From: Eledone cirrhosa
Taxonomy: Eukaryota
Direction of reading: 5' to 3'
DNA: 64,000 nucleotides
Assembly: GCA_964016885.1 (NCBI GenBank)
Contig: OZ024740.1
Location: 74,028,001 to 74,092,000 of the forward strand
Part shown: one piece after another, positions 27,296-39,050 of the stretch
Layout of the letters: each line of letters opens with the position of its first letter
How positions within the stretch are numbered: the first letter of the stretch is position 1
Notes under the pieces: generated by a model
Database searches by the model: none
What the model was told of the DNA's origin: nothing
Seen by the model: the letters and a program-made list of their open reading frames with translations, nothing else
Position numbers and translations under genes: made by a program

Positions 27296-27503
27296 CAAAA
27301 TATTTTTCTGGAAGCTGGAATATTTGAATTTTGACAAGAGCAAAACTTGTAACTAGATGAACTCCATAAAAATAAATCTTTTATTATAAAGAACTAAAGT
27401 TGTTTTCTTGGGTAGAAAATGTCCTCACTATCACTTTGCATACATTATTCAATTATAAAATAACAATTGTTTAACCCACACCAGCATTGAAAATAAACAC
27501 AAG

Positions 27504-27548
<45 letters not shown>

Positions 27549-27934
27549 GATTCCCAAATAAGAAATAAACAAACTCTAGTTTAATAATAAAATTGTTTAT
27601 TTAACTTTTTTCCTTCAAACATTGGCCCAACCAGTACAGTTACTGCTTTACTACTTAGTTCAATGTCAGTTGATTTGAGATTACATTTACTTACTAGTTT
27701 GTAATTTGTTAATGATATTATATATGGAATTGATGTAGCTCAAGTCCAAGCTAGATTTCATTTTCATTTATAAGCTTACACGTTTATTATGTACCTTAAG
27801 TCTCTCAAAAATCAAAATATAACACTACAAAATAAAAAGTTTCCGAATGCATATGAAACATTAGATTCTTATTTGCAAAACTTCTTTTTTATTCATAATA
27901 TATTTCAAATTTTGAGACAAAACAAGACTTTAAT

Positions 27935-27978
<44 letters not shown>

Positions 27979-28239
27979 GTTATAGTAGGAATCAAACATA
28001 CAAAGTTGGTAAGAGTAAAAGTTGAATTTTTAAAATGTTTAAGATGAAGAAAGTCTATTTGTATACATCGAAATATATTTTCAAAATAGCAGTGAAAATT
28101 ATTTTGATATGCACTAAAATATTTTTTCAAAATATCACTGAAAAATATATAGATATACACCAAAATATATTTTCAAAATAAGTATAATATAATAAAAGAT
28201 ACTCAAGAGAAAAAAAAAAGAAATCTGATGTACCAACAC

Positions 28240-28303
28240 AACAAATATCAGGCGATCTAATCAGAGATTATTCTGTTTTTTAAATCACCATCATAAATCT
28301 ATA
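28240..28303 (-). promoter_or_regulatory. SECIS element (type 2) in SELENOS 3' UTR
   Basis: AUGAU-GGUGAUUUAA-AAAA-CAGA(AUAAUC)UCUG-A-UUAGAUCGCC-UGAU: GA/GA core, fully paired 10-bp helix II, unpaired As, apical mini-stem; helix I AUAGAU/AUUUGU. Confidence 0.9.
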
Positions 28304-29236
28304 TCCATCTATTTATTTGATTAAAAATACAGATAAAAAAATTAAGATAGAGGTAATGATAAATAATTTTAATTAAAACTAAACCTAAATCTGAATTTAG
28401 AATATCACATTTAAAAGGTCTTAAAAATTTGCTTTACACTAATTTATGTTATTAAATTATTACTTCCATCCAAGCAATGTCAATATATACAATATCTCTA
28501 AAATAAAAGTAAATATTTGGATAATGATTCAATAGACATCACTATTAAGTTGTTATATTAAGATTGTCTATTGATTATATGGATGTCAGAGAGGAAAATA
28601 AACCTTTACATTATGAATCTATATTAAATTATTGGTAAATAGTAGCAGAGAGCTAACTGCAAGAATAGTAACATAGATGAAGAAGAAATAGAAGCTAAAC
28701 ATAACATCAGTATGCAATTAATCATAGAAATAGATGGCTAGAAGGCTGTTTGTTGGCTTAGATCAGTTATATTTATTTTCAGCAGGAATAAACACAGCTC
28801 AGATGCAAAAGTAGCAAATTAGTATTTTCCATTTAACATTCTTTGAAACTTGTATTACCATACATAATCGATTAAGTTTCTTTTAACTGGAGTCGAAAAT
28901 ATTGGAATGGTTAGGGTTATAAACAAAAAGTAGCAAGCACTGAAGTGGTAATGTCCAAGAGATTCTGGCATTCCAAAACAGGAAAAAAAAACGAGATATT
29001 GATAATTTAATAGCAATTGTGAATCAAATACTTTGTAGCTTCATCCAAATATATCCACATGCATACATGTATATATGTGTGCATACTTACATTTGTATAT
29101 ATTTGCTTATATATAAACAAAAATCAGTAAGCATTTCAAGGAAACCTTTGATCCACTTTAAAATTAATTATAGTTGTTAAATGGAATGCGTTTAAACTGA
29201 AGTGCTCTGAGCTGCATAAATAAACCTACTGAAAAA

Positions 29237-29319
29237 TTAACCTCATCCACCTCTGGTATTTGATCGTCTTGGTGGTCGATAAGTTGATCCACCATTGTAA
29301 CCCATCAATGGATTATAGC
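29237..29319 (-). CDS. SELENOS: Selenoprotein S, last coding exon, in-frame UGA (Sec) at 29243-29245
   Basis: Pyrimidine tract + TAG acceptor; (G)YNPLMGYNGGSTYRPPRRSNTRGG-U-G-stop, matching the SelS GYNPL...GGUG C-terminus; SECIS downstream. Confidence 0.92.
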
Positions 29320-29858
29320 CTACAAATATATAAAAGAAAGAAAAAAAAACTGTCATTTATTCATTCAATGTAAACTGAAAACTCATAGGAATCAGATATA
29401 ATGTACTTTTCTACATTAGTTCAGTAAAATAAAATGTGTGCATACATTACTAATTACTTATTCTAAGTATTTGCGAAACACTGGGTGAGTGTGATAACGT
29501 CAGGATTACAGGTTACATGGTCAGTATTTTCTACTTTACCTTTAGTCAAGTTTTCTGTTGTGAAAACAATTGCACAAATTTAAATATATGTTATCATCAT
29601 TTGCTATCTCTGCCTGCTAACAAAGATTGCACGCTAACATGACTAGGTTCTTTTCAAAGTTTCCTATTTTACATGTCTATGTTTAGTTCATTTAAATTTA
29701 GACCAGACATTTATAAACATTATCTCACCAGTGACCCAGTAAGACAATCTGCTAGTGGTGGTGTCACAAATATAAACAGTCTCTTTCAATTTGTCCTAAG
29801 TTAGCATGAGAGAGTATGCTGATAAAACTAACAGAAAATGTAAAATCAAAGATTCTGA

Positions 29859-29934
<76 letters not shown>

Positions 29935-30345
29935 TCATCATCATCGATTAATATCTATCTTCCATGTTAGCAGGGTTAAACAGGTTTGTCCCATTTAGAG
30001 GCAAGTTGGGTCGGGTGACCATGTCTTACTCATATAGGACTGTTTCTGGCTGGTTTTCTAAGGCTGGATGCCCTTCCTAATGCCAACCACATTGACAGTG
30101 TGTGCTAGGTGCTTTTTGCTGTGTCTTGTACATGTCGACTTTACAGTGTGGGCTGGATGCTTTTTGGGCTGGTTTTCTATAGCTGGATGCCCTTCCTAAC
30201 GCCAACCATATTGACAATGTGTGCTGGGTGCTTTTTGGTGTGTCTTTTACATGTCCACTTTACAGTGTGGGCTGGATACTTTTTGTCGTGACACCTACAC
30301 AATCACTGTACAGTGTCGGCTGGATGTTTTGTGGTACCAGCATAA
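29935..30345 (-). mobile_element. RTE-type 3' UTR fragment with (CAT)n
   Basis: GGATGCCCTTCCTAA motif twice. Confidence 0.7.
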
Positions 30346-30350
30346 TATAC

Positions 30351-30388
<38 letters not shown>

Positions 30389-30392
<4 letters not shown>

Positions 30393-31243
30393 TAGACAGC
30401 TTCTGCTACCTAGGTGACTGAATTAGCAGCGGAGGTGGGCGTTCGGAAAGTACAATAACTAGGGTAAGAATGGGATGGAAGAAGTTCAGAGAGCTACTGC
30501 CACTGCTAGCTGAAAAAGGCTTTTCTCTCAAAATGAAAGGCAGACTGTATGATACGTGTATATGAACAGCAATGTTACATGGGCGTTGTCTGTGGAAGAC
30601 TTGCGTACATTAGAAAGAAACTAAGTCTGCATGCTCCGATGGATGTGTAATAGTAATATACGCGAACGGCAAAGCATAAGCGAATTGAGAGAGAGACTGA
30701 GCATAAGAGGAATCAAATGCTGTGTTCAGAAGAGGCGGTTGCATTGGTATGGACATGTGATGCATATGAAGGATGACAGTTGCAGAGCACAAGAAGTCGA
30801 TGGAGACCCAAGAAGACCTGGGATGAGGTGATAAAAGTCGACCTTACCCAATTACACCTCTCAAAGGCGATGACACACGACCGTGACCTCTGGTGTCATG
30901 CAGTAATACAGAAGACCCGACCCCCCTCGGGTACAAGCCGAAGCTGAAGCATTTAGACAATATGCCCCCACACCCTCCCACTGCAAAGTGGTTGTGGAGG
31001 TGCTATGGCGAAAAAGCACCCAGCCCACACTGTAAAGTGGACGTGTAGGCGCGACGGAAAAAAATCACCCAGCACTCACTGTAAATGAGGTTGGTGTTAG
31101 GAAGGGCATCCAGCTGTAGAAATCAAGCCAGAATCAGTTCTTGTATGAGCAAGACAAGGTCAGCCGACTGGACACTGCCCACAACAGGACAACCCGTCTA
31201 ACCCATGGTAGCGTGGAAAAACGGGCGTAAAATGATAATGATA
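30389..31243 (+). mobile_element. RTE family A 3' fragment
   Basis: TVDSFCYLGD, MLRWMCNSNIRERQS, 3' UTR and tail. Confidence 0.9.
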
Positions 31244-31379
31244 ATATACATGCACATATCATGATAATGATATACACATATATATATATTTGCATGCATA
31301 TACATATACCATATATAGGTAATATACATATACATACCATACACACTTCATATATATACGCACATAAATATATCATCAA

Positions 31380-32245
31380 CATCGTTGATTAGTGTCCATC
31401 ATTCATGGGTAGGACGGATTCACTCTTAGAGAAAAAAACAGGTCAGTAGACCATGTTTAGCTCACCCGGGGCAGATTTTGGCTTGGTTTCTACAGCTGGG
31501 TGCCCTTCCAACCACTAACCACATTTACAGTGTATGCTGGGTGCTTTTCGTCGTGTCACCTACACAACCACATTACAGTGAGGATTGGGCACTTTTTCTC
31601 ATGACACCTACACAACCACTTTACAGTATGGACTGGGCGCCTTTGTCCTGTCACCGACACGACCACTTTACAGTGGGGCCTGGGCACTTTTGTCTTGGGA
31701 CTAGGGAGGAGGGAGGAAACCTGGGGAAATTGTGGACAGGGTAGTAGGGGAGGTATGGTTACCGCTAAGGGAGGTGAATGAGAGGGGAGAAGGTTGAGGA
31801 AGGTGTTGCCTATTAGGTATAACCCTCAGCCTGAGAATAATAGAGGGCAGGTCTTCTGTAAAACTGCATAGCGCCAGAGGTTGTGGTCCTGTGTCATTGC
31901 CTTTGAGATGTGTAATTGTGCAAGGTCAGCTTTCATTACCTCATCCCAAGTCTTCCTAGGCCTGCTCACACCATGGCTACCATCAACTTTGAGCACTCTG
32001 CACCTTATACAGCTGTCATCATTCATATGCATCACATGTCCATACCAATGCAATCTCTCCTGCATGCAACAACTGATCCCTCTTATGCCTAATTTCTCAC
32101 ACAGTATATTTATAATTTGCCATTGTTATTGCACATCCAGTGAAGCATAGAGGCATCATTTCTTTCCAATCTTTGCAGGTCCTCAGCACACAGTGCCCAG
32201 GTCTCACTGCTGTGCAATATAGTTGTTCGTATACATGCATCATAC
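31380..32245 (-). mobile_element. Diverged RTE family A-related 3' fragment
   Basis: ERLHWYGHVMH...RPRKTWDEV. Confidence 0.8.
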
Positions 32246-32257
32246 ATACGTATGTAT

Positions 32258-32640
32258 ATCATCATCATCAACGTTTAACGTCCGTGTTCCACGCTTGCAT
32301 GGGTTTGGACGGGGGTAGTCCCACTTGAGGCAAGAGTGATTGTCATCCTCGCATAGGACTGTCTGGCAGGTTTTCTACAGTTGGATGCCCTTCCTAACAC
32401 CAACCACATTTACAGTGTGGGTCTGGGAGGTTTTTACCGTGTTGCCTACACGGCCACATTACAGCGTGGACTGTGTGTTTTTTTGTCGTGACACCTACAC
32501 GATCTCATTTGTTTCGGCCTGGATGGCGCGGCACCAACATAACTTTACATAGAACGGGGTGGTGTGGATGGGGTGGGGGTGGTGGTGGTGGGACGGGGTG
32601 TATTTTGTTAGAGATGCCTACTGGCTGGAGTAGGTTTTAC
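32258..32640 (-). mobile_element. RTE family A 3' UTR-only copy
   Basis: Reverse complement of the 14520-15010 type UTR with (CAT)n. Confidence 0.85.
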
Positions 32641-32665
32641 TATATGTATATATATATATATATAT

Positions 32666-32785
32666 ATAGGAACCAGTAAGACCCCGACAGCTGAGCTCAA
32701 GCCGTTTCGACGGCTAATTCTGGACTAAAATAATTAGCCGTCGAAACGGCTTGAGCTCAGCTGTCGGGGTCTTACTGGTTCCTAT
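32666..32785. repeat. Perfect 54-bp-arm palindrome built from the 3' half of a hammerhead motif
   Basis: 32666-32719 / 32732-32785 with 12-nt spacer; central stem followed by GAAA-CGGC(UUGAGCUCA)GCUG-UC. Confidence 0.85.
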
Positions 32786-32861
32786 TACCCACTCTACTAC
32801 CTCAAGTATTGAGTACTTTGGTGCGTTATGGTCCACCTGGTTCCTTACCACATTTCCTTCG

Positions 32862-32911
<50 letters not shown>

Positions 32912-34430
32912 TAATATGCTCTTCGGTTCTTATATATTTGATATATATTTTCCTTATCGAGCCCTCTTTGGATTTTAGTCTTCAATTTTATTATTATTAC
33001 TATATATATATATATATGGTGGCTGCCAACTCGTTTTCGAGTACGGCCACTACTTTATATCCATGTAGGAGAACCCCTGCCGATGCGCTGAACGAGTGTG
33101 ACTTTTTAGTCCAGCCAGCGACTTGAAAACTCTGGTACAAACACTACACTTGTGACAATTATTGACACATAATGCTGGGCCCATGGTACCATGTGATGAC
33201 AAGTGCAGAGAGATCTCCAGATATAAAGCAATGCCTGTGCCATGAAGCTTTTATAGTGAGCAAAGGCACTGCACAAAGCCAGTCCCACTCTCTTAACCAA
33301 GATGATATTTACCAAAAAGAAGAACAAGTCAACATCATTAGATACCATCAGGGTTGCAGGTGTTATATAAGAGTTTTCCTTCTCCTAGAATTCTGCCTTG
33401 ACAAAGGCTAAGGGGTCATCTCTCTATATATATACATATATATATATACACACACACACACACATATATATATATAAATGCAAGATAGTTACTTTAGATC
33501 ATTTATTTTATTATATATATTTCGAAGATGCAAGGCTTATGTATAATATAATCCAAAACATGTTCTCGCCAGACAAAATGCATAGATGTAGGTAAAGAAA
33601 AAAGTAAAGAAAAAAAGTCGAAAATAACGAGAGTAAACAAGACAAACTGTTAAGTAGTTTTGATAACGATTTTGGAATGCAAAGTGAAGTGTGTGTGTAG
33701 GATGAAGAAACGCCAAGGATTTTAGGTAAAGGAAAGTTGAAGAAGGTAAAAAAAAGATATGTGTAGAGATGATGAAAGCTGATCTCAAGAAACTGCACTT
33801 CTTAAATGGGATGACAAAGGAAAGAGACATGTGGGGAAGTGCTATGCTGGAGAGGCCTTATCTAACACATGCAAGCTTGGAAAAACAGATATAAAAACAA
33901 TGGACAAGTCTTCACAGACTGAGTCAGTACTGAAGCAGGGTTACATGTGGTTCTACATTCTACCAAGTGCATTTTATCATGGCACCAACACTATAGAGGT
34001 TGTTATGTCTTGCCTCAATTAAAGGGTCTTCCCAACCCTTTATTTGGCAAGCTTTTTGTGACTGGATGCCTTTCCTATCACCAACTACTTTACAGCATCT
34101 ACTGGGTACATTTATCATGTAGATCACCAACACTAAAGAGGTCATCATGTCCTTAACACAACTGACGAGTCTTCTCAATATGTTGAAGATGATTCTTTTT
34201 CCATTTTAACCAAGCACAAAGCTAATAAAACTTTTTATAATTGTTTTCTATGTTTGTTTTTCAACTCTTGATATTCCAAATAAATTGCCTCAGATCTTTT
34301 TTTCCAGTAATGGCTGAGTGGTTAAGAAGTTTGTTTCACAACCACAAGATTTTGGTTTCAAGCCCATTGTGCGACACTTTGACCAATGCCATATGAGTAG
34401 AATATTATATATATATATATATTAATTTGA

Positions 34431-34749
34431 GGCACTTGGCTTAGTGGTTAGAGCATTGGCCTTGCAATCGAAAGGTTGTGAGTTCAATTCTCAGACCGGG
34501 TGATGTGTTGTTTCCTTGAGCAAGACAATTTATTTCACATTGCTCCAGTTTACTCAGCTGTAGAAATGAGATGATAGGGACTGGGGTCCATATCATTCCA
34601 CTGCAAAGTGGACGTGGAGGTGCCACGGCAAAAAATCACCCAGCACTCACTGTAAATGAGGTTGGTGTTAGGAAGGGCATCCAGCTGTAGAAATCAAGCC
34701 AGAATCAGTTCCCGTCCCACCCTTGCAAGCAGGGAAAAGCGGACGTAAA

Positions 34750-34780
<31 letters not shown>
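34431..34780 (+). mobile_element. Full-length tRNA-derived SINE with RTE-derived tail
   Basis: A box TGGCTTAGTGG, B box GAGTTCAATTC, (GAT)n tail; near-identical to 57909-58240. Confidence 0.9.
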
Positions 34781-34782
<2 letters not shown>

Positions 34783-35584
34783 AATTAAAAAGTTATTTGT
34801 CCCTAATATTTAGACATCTCAATGAATGGATAATATATACAGATAAAATATCGCACTCAGAGAAGTAATTTAACTTATGCCAAAATATCAATTTAGGAGA
34901 TTATAAGTCAGACCTACTAAAATAAGTTAGTCTAACTCATTATATTTGATACTTTAGCATAAGTTTAATATATATATATATATATACCTATGTGCATAGC
35001 CGTGTGCATGCACATATATGTATATGCACATGACAACTGTTTTAACCTGATGCTGACTTAAAGATAACACACACATGTGCACACAGCCAGATTTGTTGTT
35101 TTATGTTTCTGTATTTGATGCTTTATTATATTATTTTTTTTATCGATTTTTCTTTTATTTTATTCCTTATTTTATATTTATTTTATTACTTTATTTTTTT
35201 CTCTATATTATTTTTATCTAACTATTCCTTTACTTTATCTTTTCTTTTATTTTCATGTTGTTTTTAGCATTGTTATTATTGTTGTTATTGTAGATGTAAG
35301 AGCAGTAGTGGTAGTTATATCTGTTCTGACAGCCACCACCATCCACATGGACAATATATGAAGAAAGAAGAAGGGTCTGGCAACTAAAGAGATATTGGCA
35401 CCATTGTCTCAGTCATCATGGTGGACATGGTGATAATGGTAGTGGGTGTTGTCACTGCTGCCAAATATGGTAGATAATGCCAGTTCAACCTGCCTGACAT
35501 ACACTCCCACATCATGATTGAACCTAGTATAATACGCACCTACGCTATTGTGACCACTAATAAACAAAATGCCTGATATATATA

Positions 35585-35812
35585 TAAACAAATTAAAAGA
35601 TATATGTTTATATGGAGAGAGAAAGAGCCATATATTGCAAAAGAAACAGTATATTGTATATATACCAAATACATATTCTACAGAATATGTACACAGATAC
35701 ATGTTCTTCTATAGAATATGTATTTGGTATATATACAATATACCATGTTTCTTTTATGATATATGGCCCTTTCTCTGTATATATACACATATATCTTTTA
35801 ATTTGGTTATTA
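35585..35812. repeat. Diverged ~100-bp-arm inverted repeat upstream of a hammerhead motif
   Basis: aaattaaaagatatatg...taccaaatacatattcta / tagaatatgtatttggta...catatatcttttaattt. Confidence 0.75.
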
Positions 35813-35952
35813 TAGCTCTAGATAAAGTCTATTGAGCTTACTTATTGAGAAACACAAAATTCTAAACATATTTGATATGTCTTGATTCATCATTTGTATA
35901 TATATAATATAAAAGAGCGTTACATGGTTTAACACACCGTATATATACAAAT

Positions 35953-36005
35953 GAGCTTCCTGATGATTTCTCACGAATGAAACAGTTCTAGTCCTGTAGA
36001 AGCTC
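35953..36005 (+). ncRNA. Type-I hammerhead ribozyme, core intact
   Basis: GAGCUUC-CUGAUGA-UUUC(UCAC)GAAU-GAAA-CAG(8 nt)CUG-UA-GAAGCUC; perfect 7-bp stem I, GUA triplet, U-U mismatch at base of stem II. Confidence 0.8.
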
Positions 36006-36046
36006 TTCTATATTAAAACATTTATACTCTGCTATGTATTGAGTAC

Positions 36047-39000
36047 CTTACTTACTGTCGAAGACCTCCAGCCCTCGTTGATCGACTAACCTCATAGGCC
36101 ATGTTTCACAGCCATAGAGGAGGATAGTGTGAATGACGGCCTGGTAGATTCGCCCTTTGGTCGCCGAGGTGATCTCTCTTCTGTCCCACAGACACTGCTG
36201 TAGGTGGCCAAAAGCGTCTCTGGCAGCACCTATGCGACGCTTGACCTCAGCTGCGCCCTGTCCCGTTGGAACCACTGTTGAGCCCAGGTAAACAAGGACT
36301 CCACATCCCCCAGGTCCACGCCCTCGAGAGATATGGGCTGCCAGGCATCAGGCGAGACCAATGACGTCATGACTTTCGACTTGGCAGCATTGATTCGTAG
36401 ACCAACAGCGGCGGCTGCAGTGTGCACCCTTTCGAGAGCACCTTGTACATCTGTCCCGTTAGCGCCCATCAGCACGATGTCATCTGCGTAGGCCAGGTCC
36501 GTCACCACGACCCCTCTCCCGACCTCTATGCCCGGGTAATCCCGGAGCGCTGTGTTGAGAGTGTAGTCAATGACGTAGTTAAAGAGAGTTGGCGATAGCG
36601 CACACCTCTGCCGAACACCGGTCCCAACATCGAACGACTCCGTCTCCCCACCATAGACCCTCACTTGAGCCCGAGTCGACCGGTAGTAACCTTGTATGAG
36701 ACAAAGCAGCTTCACTGGGATGCCGTCCGCCTGCATTATACGCCATAGGGCTTCCCGATCTACCGAGTTGAAGGCAGTTGCAAAGTCGATGAAGCAGAGG
36801 ATGGTAGGCTGTTGATGTGCCCATCATTGTTCCAGGACATGCTGGAGATTGAAGATTTGATCAACGCACCCCCTCCCCGGATGGAAGCCGCCTTGAGCAG
36901 GACGGGTACGGACATCACGGATGGCTTGGAACCTCTTTAGCAGAAGAATTGTGAAGGTCTTGGCAGCAAAGTCAATTAAACTGATACCCCTGTAGTTGGA
37001 ACACAGTTTCCTGTCGCCTTTTTTGAAGAAGGGTAGGAGAGTTGCCTTGCACCAGTCACCAGGGAACCGCTCCATCGCCCACACCGAGGAGAAGACTTGA
37101 TGGAGCCAAGCTGTGAAGACATCAGGATCGGCCTTGTAGACCTCAGCTGGATCGCCATCCTCGCCCGGCGCCTTATTGTTCCGGAGATGTGTCAGGACAC
37201 CACGTACCTCCTCGACCGTTGGAGAGGCAGTGCTGTACATGTATTCTACTCCACAAGGCTGCACGTAGGTTGGCGTGGATGGTGGCGGGTGGTTGAGCAG
37301 CTTGGAGAAATGGTCCCGCCATCAGACTAGCCGGTCATTAAGATTGGTAATGACCACCCCGTTCCGATCACGGATTGTCTCGCTGATACCCGTACTGCTT
37401 TGGCTGGCCCGCTTCACCAGTTGGTAGAGCTTGCGCGAGTCACCACAGGCTACTGCCCTCTCCGTCCGCTCCGCAAACTCACGCCAGTGTGCATTCCGAT
37501 TGGCCCGAATAGCCCGAAATGTGCGACGTCGGAGATCTCAAAGATTGGGTGCATCCCCGAGTCGGGCCACTCTCGCCCTCTCCCCGAATTCAAGAGTGCC
37601 GCTAGAGATCCAGTCCCAATGGCGTCTTTGGGTCGACCTGAGATGCTCCCTGGCCACCTCAACCGTCACCGCCCTGAGCGCGTTCCACTCCTGCTCTGGT
37701 TGCTGTTCCACTTCGTTACTCAGCATTTGGAATTGGTTTCGCAGCTCTAGCCGGAAAGCATTTCCAGCATCGAGCTTGAGTCGTGAGATGTCGATCCTTT
37801 TCTGGCGTTGGGAGGAGGTTTCGCCCGCAGCCGCAGACGAAGGGTTGCTCGAACAAGAGTATGGTCTGACCCATGCTCACTGCTCGTATCAGCCCTCCCG
37901 ATACGCATGCGAGTCCATCACTGAGCTGGCCCACCGAGATCTGACCAGGATGTAGTCAATCTGATTGGCCGTTCTTCCGTCATTGGATTGCCACGTGACG
38001 AGGTGACGCCGAGGATGTTGGAACTGGGTGTTGGTTACGATAAGACGATTGGCATCCACGAAGGACACGAGCCATTCACCATTGCACAGAGTACGCCTCG
38101 GACGAAGCATCCTAGAATATGCCGTGTTGTATCATCAGCCAGCCCTGTCTCCGCATTCCAGTCCCCAGCGACAATGAGAACATCACTGGAAGGGACACCA
38201 TTCATGGTTGTTTGGAGATCGGCATAGAACTATAGAACTGCATCTTGCCCGCCTCGTCCGCATTGAGTGTGGGAGCGTAGACGGCAATTACGCTGACGTT
38301 GGAGATTTGACTCTTCAATCGAACCAGCGCGAGTCGGTGTGAGATTGGCTGCCACACCAGCAGAGCCGCTTGCGCGTCGGGGCCGAGCACTACAGCTACC
38401 CTGTGAAGGCCACTGTTGTCAGTCACGCCACTATGGTACAAGTGGTAGGAGATGTCCTCGCCAGGAACTTTGATTGGAAGATGACCAACATCGGGAAGTC
38501 GAACTTCTGAAAGGCAAGCGACACTAACGCAGTACCTGTGCAGAGCCTTCATTGTAAGTGCCTGGACACCGTCGTCACGAAGTGCTCGGACGTTCCAGCA
38601 CGCCATCCTCAATTCCTTCCTTTGTTTGAAGAGCGGGACTACTGCAGGAGTAACCTGTAGAGCCATAGTGGTAGGAGCGCTGTTGCTTTGCATTGCGTTC
38701 GTAGCGGGAAGGCAATTCGTATTCATAGTTCGTATTTCTAGGATTCATGGAAGAAGTGTCATGGGAGTAGTGAATCCCCCCAAAAAACCCGCATGTATAT
38801 CCCGAGTGAGGGGAAAAAAAGGTCCTGTTTGCCGCAGATTCTCCACAGACGCAGGGACAGAAACGACCTGAAGCCGCCAGTTACCAGAGCAGACACCTCT
38901 TGGATTTTCACCAGAGCCCCTTTTGCCGGATTGCGGCCCTAATACCGCTGGGTGCCAGACCAATCCACCTTGGGTGGCCCTACCAGGAACCGAAGTTCCC

Positions 39001-39050
39001 GACGGCATAGCTCTGACATTACCCGTTGCCACCGCCCTGCCACGCTGAGG
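36047..39050 (-). mobile_element. RTE-clade LINE (distinct GC-rich family), 5' end present, 3' end missing, frameshifted
   Basis: RMACWNVRAL, CLSEVR, VYAPT, NQIDYILV, NYRGISLI, LAYADDIVL, LLYGCETW; RTE-type 5' UTR motif GAGCTATGCCGTCGGG...CCTGGTAGGGCCACCCA. Confidence 0.92.

Noticed and set aside
27615-27672. Second SECIS-like hairpin on minus strand (AAA bulge plus GCAG/CUGU mini-stem)
   Set aside because: Lacks the AUGA and 3' GA core at the required positions
33020-33420. Possible exon or ncRNA between (TA)n tracts
   Set aside because: Minus strand contains CTAGGAGAAGGAAAACTC, typical of LINE 5' regions; treated as an unclassified repeat fragment
34431-34500. tRNA gene (also 57909, 44750, 58267)
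   Set aside because: A/B boxes run into repeated SINE bodies and tails; no complete cloverleaf
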